Part shown: piece after piece, positions 55,222 through 64,000 of the stretch
Position numbering within the stretch: position 1 is the first letter of the stretch
Layout of the letters: each line of letters opens with the position of its first letter
From: Candidatus Woesearchaeota archaeon
GTDB lineage: Archaea; Nanobdellota; Nanobdellia; Pacearchaeales; GW2011-AR1
Reading direction: 5' to 3'
NCBI GenBank assembly: GCA_964409005.1
Contig: CAYPBR010000001.1
Coordinates: forward strand, 18,383-82,382
DNA: 64,000 bases
Made by a program: the position numbers and the translations under genes
Notes under the pieces: model-generated
What the model saw: only the letters and a program-made list of their open reading frames with translations
Database searches by the model: none
Told to the model about the DNA's origin: nothing

Positions 55222-55959
55222 TTATCCCTTTTCAATTAATTTTATTTCTTTTCTACAATTAGCTAAAAAATCTTCAACTTCCTTAATAACAAATTTACTA
55301 CCTATTTCAACTTGATACTCATTATTTATAACAGGATTTTCTTCTATATGATCTATAGCTTCCCATATTCCCTCTGTTATACCAGTTTCTCTTTGTTTAA
55401 ACTGTTGAAGAGCTTTTTTCATAACAAACCATTTCCAGTATAATGGTTCTTCTTTTTGATATTGTTCATTAGTAGGTGCATTGCCATTATTTTGTTTTAT
55501 AAGAAATTGTCTACACTTCTCAAAATGTTCAACCATACAAGCTTGATTTGTCATATTAATATCTTCTGAATCGATTGCATTTTGTAAACGTTTTATCTCA
55601 ATATCCAAATATCTTTTTTCTTCTATTGCACTTTTACGTTCTGGCATTGAAACTGTAACAGTTATGGTATCAACATTTTTATTTTCTTTCATATCGATAT
55701 ATTCATTTAATCTACGTGTTTTTTCTTCTTTATCCAATAACATTCTACGAAGTTCAAATAAAGCAAATTGATACTGTCTCATAAGAAAATGAAAATTATG
55801 AGCTATAAAATTACCCTCTTTTCTAATTGTAAATTTTTCAATGTCGAATTCTGATTTTAATTGCCCCATTTCAATAAATTGATTTTTAAGATTGTTAAAT
55901 TTCTCATCAACACCCTTTAATGAGATTGACTTAATAAAATCTATCATACTTTCTTTCAT
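55222..55959 (-). CDS. hypothetical protein (245 aa)
   Basis: Lies between the tail module and the membrane proteins. Confidence 0.45.
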   Translation of the reverse strand: MKESMIDFIKSISLKGVDEKFNNLKNQFIEMGQLKSEFDIEKFTIRKEGNFIAHNFHFLMRQYQFALFELRRMLLDKEEKTRRLNEYIDMKENKNVDTITVTVSMPERKSAIEEKRYLDIEIKRLQNAIDSEDINMTNQACMVEHFEKCRQFLIKQNNGNAPTNEQYQKEEPLYWKWFVMKKALQQFKQRETGITEGIWEAIDHIEENPVINNEYQVEIGSKFVIKEVEDFLANCRKEIKLIEKG

Positions 55960-55984
55960 TTTTTTTCTCCCTATTATTTTTAAA

Positions 55985-57052
55985 TTATGCTCCAGAAGTA
56001 TTCTCTATAGCATAAGGTAAATCGCCTTTATCGACTGCATTACCTATTGTTAAACTAGTATCCATATACTGAATAACGTTAATTCCTCCCTCTAATGTAC
56101 TTCCCCCGCTTAAAAAGCCTAAATTATTTGAGTTATAAGAACTACTATTACCTGCTCTCCAAAGCGATACAGTTAAATTACCTCTATCAATTGCATTACC
56201 AGTAGTAGTTAACATATTTATATAATCTATTACATTATATCTTTCTCCACCTCCACACATAAAGCCATAAGTAGAGCCTGATACTCCTACGACAGACCAA
56301 CCAGCAATAGTTAAATTCCCTTTATCTAATGCGTTACCAGTTGTTGTTGTAACATTTATATAATCAATATAATTTCTTCTATTGCCGCTATAATATCCAC
56401 CACATATGAATCCATAAGTAGAACTATTCACTCCACCACATAAATAAGTTATAGCTCGTGATAAATTTCCTTTATCAACTGCATTTCCTGAAAGAATCGA
56501 TGTATCAATATAATCTATTACATTATAATAAACACTACCAGGATCGTTTTCTCCTCCTGCCCAAAAACCATATTGAGGCCCATGAACAGAACTAAGTGAA
56601 TGTCTTGCTACAGTTAAGTTACCTCTATCAATTGCATTACCAGTAGTAAGCGTATTATCTATATAATCTATTACATTATAAAGTTGATTAGGCAAAACTC
56701 CTAAGGGGTCTATATAATGACCACCACCAAAAAAATCATATAATCCTCCAGCAAGACCAGCTAACAAATAAACTAATCTTGTTAAGTTACCTCTATCAAC
56801 TCCATTACCTGTAGTAGTATTTACATTAAAATAATTAATTTCACTAACACATGTAAGAGCACCACCAATAACACGTTTTCCACCAGCATTATAAGCGTAA
56901 CGATTTGTAGTTACTGCCATTGGCTCCCAAATACCGGAAACTTTAACCCAAATATTTTTTAACTCTTCCCAGTTTCCTGATACTCGTGTAAATGATCTTA
57001 TCATTCTTTCCCATACACCACTTTTACGAGACCAAATATTAAAACCAAACAT
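55985..57052 (-). CDS. tail fibre / receptor-binding protein built from six tandem repeats of about 45 aa
   Basis: Repeats of 'YNVIDYID..(T/L)TTGNA(I/V)D(R/K)GNLT' are visible in the translation. Confidence 0.5.
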   Translation of the reverse strand: MFGFNIWSRKSGVWERMIRSFTRVSGNWEELKNIWVKVSGIWEPMAVTTNRYAYNAGGKRVIGGALTCVSEINYFNVNTTTGNGVDRGNLTRLVYLLAGLAGGLYDFFGGGHYIDPLGVLPNQLYNVIDYIDNTLTTGNAIDRGNLTVARHSLSSVHGPQYGFWAGGENDPGSVYYNVIDYIDTSILSGNAVDKGNLSRAITYLCGGVNSSTYGFICGGYYSGNRRNYIDYINVTTTTGNALDKGNLTIAGWSVVGVSGSTYGFMCGGGERYNVIDYINMLTTTGNAIDRGNLTVSLWRAGNSSSYNSNNLGFLSGGSTLEGGINVIQYMDTSLTIGNAVDKGDLPYAIENTSGA

Positions 57053-57061
57053 ATAAGCTCC

Positions 57062-58168
57062 TTAATATTTAAACCACATATCTCCGTCCGCACCACCGGA
57101 GGGATCATTGATAGAAACAGTTTTTTTACTACTACCCCACATTTCAGAATTTAAATTAACACAAAGTGATCCATTTGCCAACCCTACATTTCCCGAAGCA
57201 TTACCGGCATCCGCTCCATCAACTTTATCTGCATTAAAAGAATTTCCGGTTCCTTGACGAGCTCCATGCACAACAGCCGAATTAGTATCTATTGCTTTGT
57301 GAGTATTTATATTATCAGCATTGCCTTTAATATTCTCAACTGTCCTTCCAGCTCCTGCTATTTCTTGCAACGCATTTTCAACCTCTGTCGCTGTAATTCT
57401 CCCACCTGCGTCAGCAATTGCCATATCTATAGCTTTAACTTGACTTGCTCCAAGTCCCCAGTCTATATCTTCCGTTTTTATTGTATCGTTAGAATGACTA
57501 CCATCTTCATTATGACTTATTCTAAATAAGGTTTTAAAATCTGAAACACTTCCCATTCTAAATGTTGCTGCTGTTTCTGTTGTCCAGTTAGCAGTTACTT
57601 CAGTATCATATCCACTTGTACAATTTTCTATATCAGCATCCAAAATAGAAGTAGATTCTCCGGTATCAACTGTTATTTCTGCTATTTTTACCCACCCGGC
57701 TGTATGAGTAGGTGCAACTCCAGCCCCCACTATACCATTAATAACCTGCGCTTCTAACTCATATCTTTTTTTTGTATATATATTCTGGTAAGAAATATCC
57801 TTAGTAACAGGATTTTTAAAAGCTCTTTGTTGCGAATCATAATCTGTTTCAAGCACTCTCACTTCCAGTGTATCAATTCTCGCTGAAGCTCCTCCGTTAG
57901 TTATTGAAATCGGCCCAAATAAACTTCCTGTATGAGCAACTTTACCTGTACTCCGACAATAACCCAACCCTATAGTAAAGTCTACATTCATTGAAGGCGT
58001 ACCACGTTGTTGAACATTTAATCCTGCAACTATAATATCGTTTGTAGCGTGACTAAAAAGCTCTTCAAAAATTGTAACTAAATTACTATATTCCTGTGTT
58101 TCAATAAAATTATAATCTTCGCTTTTAGCTATCTCATTACCTTCAAATCTAGCTGTTAAAATATCCAC
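57062..58168 (-). CDS. tail-fibre-like structural protein (368 aa)
   Basis: G/S/T/N-rich beta-rich composition; position within the fibre cluster. Confidence 0.4.
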   Translation of the reverse strand: MDILTARFEGNEIAKSEDYNFIETQEYSNLVTIFEELFSHATNDIIVAGLNVQQRGTPSMNVDFTIGLGYCRSTGKVAHTGSLFGPISITNGGASARIDTLEVRVLETDYDSQQRAFKNPVTKDISYQNIYTKKRYELEAQVINGIVGAGVAPTHTAGWVKIAEITVDTGESTSILDADIENCTSGYDTEVTANWTTETAATFRMGSVSDFKTLFRISHNEDGSHSNDTIKTEDIDWGLGASQVKAIDMAIADAGGRITATEVENALQEIAGAGRTVENIKGNADNINTHKAIDTNSAVVHGARQGTGNSFNADKVDGADAGNASGNVGLANGSLCVNLNSEMWGSSKKTVSINDPSGGADGDMWFKY

Positions 58169-58177
58169 TTTATTCTC

Positions 58178-60697
58178 CTATCCAGAAATTATTTCTACTA
58201 TACCCTTAACACCTGCTGTTTTTACTAACTCTAAAAGGTCTGAATAAACTGTTGAAACATATCCACCACCCGGCCCGGCAATATAATCACTACTATAAAA
58301 AGAAGCTTGTTCTATATCTTGATCAGCACTAGCTTCAACTATTCTTATATTGTCTATCTGTATTTCTGAATTTAAAACAGCGGCCGATTCTATAAATACA
58401 GAAATAGCAAATCCAGTAGTAGCGGCATTCATAGTCCACACAATTTTTAGTCTTTCATAAGCGGAAGCGGCTTGTACTAAAATTTCTGTTGTATTCCACG
58501 CACTACTATAATATTCGTGTATTATAATTTTGTGTTCATTTGTAACTTCGTCAGCTTTTGCCCGACATTCAAAAACATAATCCGTACCTGCTACCAGTCC
58601 ATGCATATTAGATGTAGCTTTATCATCTGTTAAAAAAGTTTCAGCATCACCACCAGCGGCGGCTGTATCTTTATTAAGTTTCCAACTATACGTACCCATA
58701 TAAGGATCAGTATCTCTAGCCCATGTTTGACTTCCTGGAATAGGTTCGTAAGGAGTTGTTTCGTTAAATAACATGGGTGAAGTTGTACTTTCACATTCAC
58801 TATTATCCATCAAACTATCTTCATCACCAGGCCATGTACTTAAATAACCACCGCCAAAACTCCCTACAACTTTTATTAAAACCTTAATAGAAGGATATAA
58901 CTGCCAAATACCAAATTTAAGTAAATCAATACGAAATTTATAAGCTGTACCTGACGCTCCAGCATTAGACAAAGTAAAGGTAAGGTCTCTTGTATCTGCA
59001 TTACTCAAATAAACGCCTGCATATACATATCCAAGACCAACAGTTTCAAAATATTTTCCAGTTGAGCCTGATTGCCAAGTGTTATCAGAAAAATTATAAT
59101 AATAACTATCACCTGATCTTTGCACCTGAAAATAAATAAGGTTATCATCTGGGCACAATTCATTATCTTCATAAAAAAATGATATTTTATAATCACCTGC
59201 AACTACGGAACTTATTGTTTGATCTAAAGAGGCATTACTATTTGAACTGTCTATTTGATATTCAGGTGCCCTTAATCCAGAAAATCCTAACATCCTTCTA
59301 GCATCTCCTATCTTTCCAGTTTGTGAAACAGCCTTAACTCGTTCAATACCACTTGAAATACCGTATATATCTGAAGTGCCAAATGGACTTTCAAGCTGTG
59401 TCCATCCTGTCATACCATCTGTTGAAGTAGCTATTTGACCATCTTTTCCAACATCTATCCATTTCCCATCTATACTGTCATAAACTATATCACTTATAAT
59501 ATCGGTACCAAAAGTACTCGTTCTTTGTGTCCACGTACTACCATCCGGCGAAGTTATAAGAATACCATTATAACCTACAACTACCCATAAAGCAGAACCG
59601 CCTGTCAATTGATTATGGGCTACAGCATAAAGATCATCCTCAGTTGGAGTAGTTTTTAAAGAACTCCACACTTTACCATCTACTGAAGTAATCAATTTAC
59701 CCCTACTTCCAACAGCCACCCACAAATCAGTACCGTTATACCCAACGCTATAAATACCAGAAATGCCAAACACAGTACTTACTTGTGTCCAATTTATACT
59801 ATCGGAAGAATAATTAATTTTTCCGGATGACGAACCCATAACCCACAATCCTTCTGTACCTATTTTTTTATTATGATCAATACTAAAATGATTAAGAAAT
59901 CCTGGTATTGATCTAGCAGTCCAAGTTTCACCATCTGTTGATGTAATACAAGTATTAATCATTCCAACTGCTACCCACATACTATGTCCATTATAACCTA
60001 TAGCTTTTAGTTGTTGAGTAGTACCACTTATTTGAAGTATCCACTCTACTCCATCCGTTGAAGTAGCTATTTTACCTAAATCTGCTACTGCTATCCAAAA
60101 AGAAGAATTATCATTTTCTATACCATTAATAGATGAATAATTAAAAGGATTTGATACTTGAAGCCACCAGGCATCAACTACATTAACTATAATAGATGAG
60201 CCTGTTTCTGTCTTATTCCAATTAGTAAAAACATCACCTGATCCAATTTCAAAATCACTATTTAATAAAAGATTAGTTTCAATATAATTTTCTATTATAT
60301 AAATATCATCCTTATCAAAATAATAACCAAAAACATCTTTAAGGCACCATTTTGTCATCCAACTCTTATTGCCATTCCTTAATATAAGAGCATCAAATCT
60401 ATTCTTTAAGTCATCGTCTTCTTCGTCAAATATTCTTTGCAGTCCTAAAAAAAAGTATGCAAGTTTCTCTAAAAATTCGTCAGCAGCGAAATTAATATTT
60501 AAAGAATCGATTACAAAGTTAATATAACCTCTTAAAAACTCTAGTTCGTTAGCAATAGCACCCGAATTATAGTCCGAACTCTGCACTATAGGAATATTTG
60601 AAGCATAAATATCTTTACCAAAAATTGCCTCATATTCCTCACTAGTTTTATTTATAGGTATAAGAGCATTAATTTGATCAATTATTCTTGTACTCAT
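58178..60697 (-). CDS. large tail fibre / receptor-binding protein with an Asp-box (BNR) beta-propeller domain
   Basis: At least five 'S-x-D-G-x-(T)-W' Asp-box repeats (ATSTDGVEW, ITSTDGETW, ITSVDGKVW, ITSPDGSTW, ATSTDGMTGW). 839 aa. Confidence 0.55.
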   Translation of the reverse strand: MSTRIIDQINALIPINKTSEEYEAIFGKDIYASNIPIVQSSDYNSGAIANELEFLRGYINFVIDSLNINFAADEFLEKLAYFFLGLQRIFDEEDDDLKNRFDALILRNGNKSWMTKWCLKDVFGYYFDKDDIYIIENYIETNLLLNSDFEIGSGDVFTNWNKTETGSSIIVNVVDAWWLQVSNPFNYSSINGIENDNSSFWIAVADLGKIATSTDGVEWILQISGTTQQLKAIGYNGHSMWVAVGMINTCITSTDGETWTARSIPGFLNHFSIDHNKKIGTEGLWVMGSSSGKINYSSDSINWTQVSTVFGISGIYSVGYNGTDLWVAVGSRGKLITSVDGKVWSSLKTTPTEDDLYAVAHNQLTGGSALWVVVGYNGILITSPDGSTWTQRTSTFGTDIISDIVYDSIDGKWIDVGKDGQIATSTDGMTGWTQLESPFGTSDIYGISSGIERVKAVSQTGKIGDARRMLGFSGLRAPEYQIDSSNSNASLDQTISSVVAGDYKISFFYEDNELCPDDNLIYFQVQRSGDSYYYNFSDNTWQSGSTGKYFETVGLGYVYAGVYLSNADTRDLTFTLSNAGASGTAYKFRIDLLKFGIWQLYPSIKVLIKVVGSFGGGYLSTWPGDEDSLMDNSECESTTSPMLFNETTPYEPIPGSQTWARDTDPYMGTYSWKLNKDTAAAGGDAETFLTDDKATSNMHGLVAGTDYVFECRAKADEVTNEHKIIIHEYYSSAWNTTEILVQAASAYERLKIVWTMNAATTGFAISVFIESAAVLNSEIQIDNIRIVEASADQDIEQASFYSSDYIAGPGGGYVSTVYSDLLELVKTAGVKGIVEIISG

Positions 60698-60706
60698 TAT
60701 GTTATC

Positions 60707-61780
60707 CTACGTAAATGTTATTAAAATAGTACCTGTACGAGCAATTTGACTATCGCTTATTGTCGTATTGCCTGAAGGCACTGTTAAGTTTATATCTAAA
60801 ACTCCATCAACCGCCATTAATACTTGTCTTATTTTATTTTGTATTACGTCGTCGCCTATAGAAAGATTATTTATATAATTTTCTATAGTAACTTGAGCGT
60901 TATATTCAATAGTAGTTTGAGAAATTGTACCGTCATCTGTTATTTCAACTGTAACGGCGATTGTAACTTTTGTAGGCGCTAAAACTCTTATATTTACGCC
61001 ACCAGCCTTATAACCTGGATTTGAAGCAGTACCATCACCCTCAATAACACTTAAAACAGAAGCTACTAAATCCGCCGAAGCTTCCCCAGCTCCATCATCA
61101 ATATATACAGTAGCATTATAGCTTGATACCGGCGGAAAATGTTCTATTACAGAAGCCGATCTCACACCCGTAACTAACTTAGCGCCTGTTATAAGACCAT
61201 TTATATTTGATCTCCCAAGTCCTAAAATATATTGTTGAAATCTTAATGCATACTCGCTATTAGTTTCTTCATTTTGACCACCTGTTGTGCCTGAAGCGTT
61301 GTCCACTGTTTCAACTCCTACTACTGGAGTCGTTATAGTTGTAATAGTATTTGCTGGTACATTTCCATCTGTACCTGTATCTTCGGCTAAAATTGCTATA
61401 GCGGCTGAATCTGTATTTCCATTTATTATTGACCCAAGTGCTGTTGTTTCAAAACGTGTACCATCCGAAGTACTTACAACAGTTCCTATTGCTATACTAA
61501 CAGTACCAATAGTTCCGGTTCTGGAAAATATAACACTGCCTGAAGCTGCCTGACCTGCTTCTCGATCAAAATTAAAAGCTTGAAATGGCGTTAAAAGAAG
61601 ACCTTTATCAAATCCAATTCGTGTTTTTATATAAAGTCTTTCCGCCACTATAGAAACTGCTTCACAATAAGTTCTTATAATTGATCCTTCATTAAAATCT
61701 GTTATTTTATCTTGATTAGCTATAATCCAAGAAGTCATATCATCTAACAAAGCCGAAAAAAGTTTAACTGCAAAAGCCAT
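60707..61780 (-). CDS. baseplate / tail structural protein (357 aa)
   Basis: Position and composition only. Confidence 0.4.
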   Translation of the reverse strand: MAFAVKLFSALLDDMTSWIIANQDKITDFNEGSIIRTYCEAVSIVAERLYIKTRIGFDKGLLLTPFQAFNFDREAGQAASGSVIFSRTGTIGTVSIAIGTVVSTSDGTRFETTALGSIINGNTDSAAIAILAEDTGTDGNVPANTITTITTPVVGVETVDNASGTTGGQNEETNSEYALRFQQYILGLGRSNINGLITGAKLVTGVRSASVIEHFPPVSSYNATVYIDDGAGEASADLVASVLSVIEGDGTASNPGYKAGGVNIRVLAPTKVTIAVTVEITDDGTISQTTIEYNAQVTIENYINNLSIGDDVIQNKIRQVLMAVDGVLDINLTVPSGNTTISDSQIARTGTILITFT

Positions 61781-61781
61781 T

Positions 61782-63467
61782 TTAGACCTCTCCTGTAAAT
61801 GGAATCACATCACCTATTTTAATTGCTTTAGTATTGAAATTTAATAGTAACTGATCACCGATTGATCCTATTTTTATATCATTAATTTCTGAAATCCTCG
61901 GATCTTGTAAAAGTGTATCTTTCAAATTAGAAACTGCATAAGATAAAGGAGCTGAATTTGACATAGCAAATCCTACACTGTCGTTTATACCATATATTGT
62001 AAGCCTTAATCTTGCACCTAGTTTCTCATTAAGTCTTAAATTCATAGCTTGAATTAAATTATTTGTACCTTCTATTTGAGATAAGTCTCCAGCGGCTGCA
62101 ACTACCATTTTATCATCAATATCTAATTTTATATCAATGCCATAAACATCTTTGCTTGTTAAACTATATACAAAGTTGTCCTCAGGTGAAGCTCCTCGTG
62201 TAAGAATTGGTATGCGAACCTGATCGCCTGGATTTATATCATCGTCTGAAAGAAAACTATTAAATGATGCTATTAAATACGATTGTGATGGATTGCCAAA
62301 ATATTCAAGTGCCAATTTCTCCATAGTAGTTGATCCAGTAGCTATTACGGTAAAATACCCATATATAATATAAGCATCTATATTTTCTGTCTCTTGATCT
62401 AAAACATCAGATACTATTTCAGCTTCTAAAGCAGTCATACCTTCATATTTTATTATTCCTACTTTTGTTGTAGAAATTTCCGTAGTTAATCTCCTTGCTT
62501 CACTTCCAACTGATTGAGGTGTCTTTGAAAAAACAATAAGATAATTTGCTGAATACGTTACTTCTCTTGAACTTATTAATACATCGTAAAATTCATCTGC
62601 ATCTTTATCAGCTAAAGTTACCATATTATAAAAAGAATCTTCTATATCCAAACCTAAAGTTTTTACTAAAGTTAAAACTCTTTGAGATAGCTCAACTGGA
62701 TACATAATAAGATCGCCTGTTTGATATATAAAAGAAGTCATCTTAGTTTCTAAATCGTCTATAATTTCTAAAACAGCATCTACTTGATCAAATATATTCC
62801 TCAAAGAAGTAAAATAGCTTTGAATCATTCTTAATCCTCTTCTCAAAGTATTTAAAAGTGAAAATGGATTTGAAGATGAAACAGGAGCTTTATATATTTT
62901 AGCTGCCGAACCAAGTTTTCTCAATGCAATCATTTCTATACTATAATTATAAAATAAAGGTTTATCTTTATTTCTAGTCATTTTAAATTTTTCAAGTGAT
63001 ACAACATAACCTTCAGCAATACTTTCAAGATTTTTAGTAGCTAAGCCTATATTCTGAGGTACTACGCTCAAATCATAAAGATGTATATCGTAATTATGAT
63101 ATGTATTTTTTCTTGACTTATCATCCTTATATCGCATTATTGTATCTCTAAACTGAAAAAATGATTCTCTACCACTAAGCTTTCTATGCGATGTAGTAAC
63201 TCCAACAGTTGAAGTAGGCTTAAAAGTCTTACGAACCATCGAACCACCTGTATGTCCAGATATTCTTATAGGCATTATGTCGGGCCCCATATCATCAACA
63301 AATACACCTCCGAATGTTTTAGTCCTTGTTATCCTTTGCGGTTCTTCTATCTCTACGTTCTCCGGTGGTATAGTGAGAGTAAATGCTTCTATAAAAATAC
63401 CTGGATTATTCCTATCTACTATTTCAAAAAGATAAGATTTTTTATATAATTCTTTTACACCTGCCAT
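61782..63467 (-). CDS. baseplate / tail structural protein (561 aa)
   Basis: Position and composition only. Confidence 0.4.
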   Translation of the reverse strand: MAGVKELYKKSYLFEIVDRNNPGIFIEAFTLTIPPENVEIEEPQRITRTKTFGGVFVDDMGPDIMPIRISGHTGGSMVRKTFKPTSTVGVTTSHRKLSGRESFFQFRDTIMRYKDDKSRKNTYHNYDIHLYDLSVVPQNIGLATKNLESIAEGYVVSLEKFKMTRNKDKPLFYNYSIEMIALRKLGSAAKIYKAPVSSSNPFSLLNTLRRGLRMIQSYFTSLRNIFDQVDAVLEIIDDLETKMTSFIYQTGDLIMYPVELSQRVLTLVKTLGLDIEDSFYNMVTLADKDADEFYDVLISSREVTYSANYLIVFSKTPQSVGSEARRLTTEISTTKVGIIKYEGMTALEAEIVSDVLDQETENIDAYIIYGYFTVIATGSTTMEKLALEYFGNPSQSYLIASFNSFLSDDDINPGDQVRIPILTRGASPEDNFVYSLTSKDVYGIDIKLDIDDKMVVAAAGDLSQIEGTNNLIQAMNLRLNEKLGARLRLTIYGINDSVGFAMSNSAPLSYAVSNLKDTLLQDPRISEINDIKIGSIGDQLLLNFNTKAIKIGDVIPFTGEV

Positions 63468-63478
63468 TTATATTACTC

Positions 63479-63667
63479 CTAACTAGTTTCCAACCGAGCT
63501 GCTTCTGCTGTACTTATATCCAACGATAACGGTGTAACAGGTATTGCTGAACTTCCACCACCTGTCGTTACTCCTGAATGAACATGGCTATTAAGAGCTG
63601 TTATAAAATTTTGTAAAGCCGTATCCAATTCAGCGTGTGTAACTAAATTTTTTGTATTACCAGCCAA
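63479..63667 (-). CDS. small hypothetical protein with a TTG start (62 aa)
   Basis: Same frame as the upstream partial gene but separated from it by in-frame TAA and TGA stops (63812-63823). Weak start context. Confidence 0.3.
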   Translation of the reverse strand: MAGNTKNLVTHAELDTALQNFITALNSHVHSGVTTGGGSSAIPVTPLSLDISTAEAARLETS

Positions 63668-63820
63668 TTCTATATTTTCGCCTGCATTTGGAGTAATAAT
63701 AACTCCGCCATTTGCATCAATTTGAATAGTCGCTCCGTTTATTTCTAATGTATAAACACCTGTTATTTTATCGTAAGTCTCTTTTAATCCACCTTCCCTT
63801 ATTTTTAATGATTCATCTTC

Positions 63821-64000
63821 TTTATCTGAAACTAAAAATTCAATTTTATTTTGTTTTCCAACCGTTCCTATTGTTTCTAAAACTGAACATAATACAAAAG
63901 CATTTTCTATTATTCCATCAGGAAATATAATTACTACTCTACAATCCTTTGGTGGTAAGTCCCTTTCTCCAAAAGGATTACTTCCATCAGTTCCTGCCCA
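63821..64000 (-). CDS. partial CDS, C-terminal end of a structural gene that extends beyond the window
   Basis: The frame is open from the window edge to the TAA at 63821-63823. Confidence 0.3.

Noticed and set aside
59005-59202. 65-aa minus ORF nested inside the tail-fibre gene
   Set aside because: It is embedded in the 839-aa ORF that carries conserved Asp-box repeats. It is low-complexity and hydrophobic, typical of off-frame AT-rich sequence.
63479-64000. The 62-aa ORF read as the C-terminus of the gene running off the window end (or a programmed frameshift)
   Set aside because: The two segments share a frame but are separated by two in-frame stops (TAA at 63821-63823 and TGA at 63812-63814). 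They are therefore separate genes, and the small ORF depends on a TTG start.

Overview
This window is a 64 kb stretch of a large, AT-rich double-stranded DNA phage (or phage-like element). Essentially every credible gene is on the minus strand; the plus-strand ORFs in the track are antisense artefacts. The compact, overlapping genes and outer-membrane and periplasmic features suggest an AT-rich diderm host (Fusobacterium-like is speculation).

Reading the minus strand from high to low coordinates:
- 55-64 kb: tail, baseplate and receptor-binding module. It includes an Asp-box/BNR beta-propeller fibre and a fibre built from roughly 45-aa repeats.
- 52.6-54.4 kb: a lysine-rich protein with a sigma-70 region-4-like motif.
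- 45-52.4 kb: an accessory region of small gene cassettes, each bounded by conserved hairpins, terminators and a novel promoter-like motif. It carries a Lom/Ail-like outer-membrane beta-barrel moron, a higher-GC acquired gene, and a ~260 nt GC-rich structured non-coding segment.
- 40-44.5 kb: replication module with DnaG-like primase, DnaB-like helicase and DnaC-like loader.
- 34.5-39 kb: three DNA methyltransferases in tandem, a Rossmann-fold protein, a small sigma-like protein and an HNH endonuclease.
- 30.8-34.2 kb: DnaE-type Pol III alpha.
- 30.2-30.8 kb: histone-H1-like protein.
- 24-29.3 kb: gp32-like SSB, RecA/UvsX-like recombinase, SbcD/SbcC.
- 15.8-24 kb: a second HNH endonuclease, XPD/DinG-like helicase, PD-(D/E)xK nuclease, FEN, then lysis genes (CHAP endolysin, holin-like protein, lytic transglycosylase).
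- 14.1-15.6 kb: a thymidylate-synthase/dCMP-hydroxymethylase-family enzyme plus MazG.
- 8.7-9.2 kb: a 36-bp tandem iteron-like array.
- 6.2-7.4 kb: three tandem paralogous genes.
- 4.2-6.0 kb: a 625-aa lysine-rich protein with a C-terminal PARP-like ADP-ribosyltransferase domain.
- 0.4-3.0 kb: GpA-family large terminase and a fourth methyltransferase.

The most notable candidates for new biology are the PARP-like ART; the possible DNA hypermodification machinery (ThyA-family enzyme + MazG + four MTases); the sigma-like proteins with a repeated phage-specific promoter motif; the iteron array; the covarying hairpin families; and the structured non-coding region.
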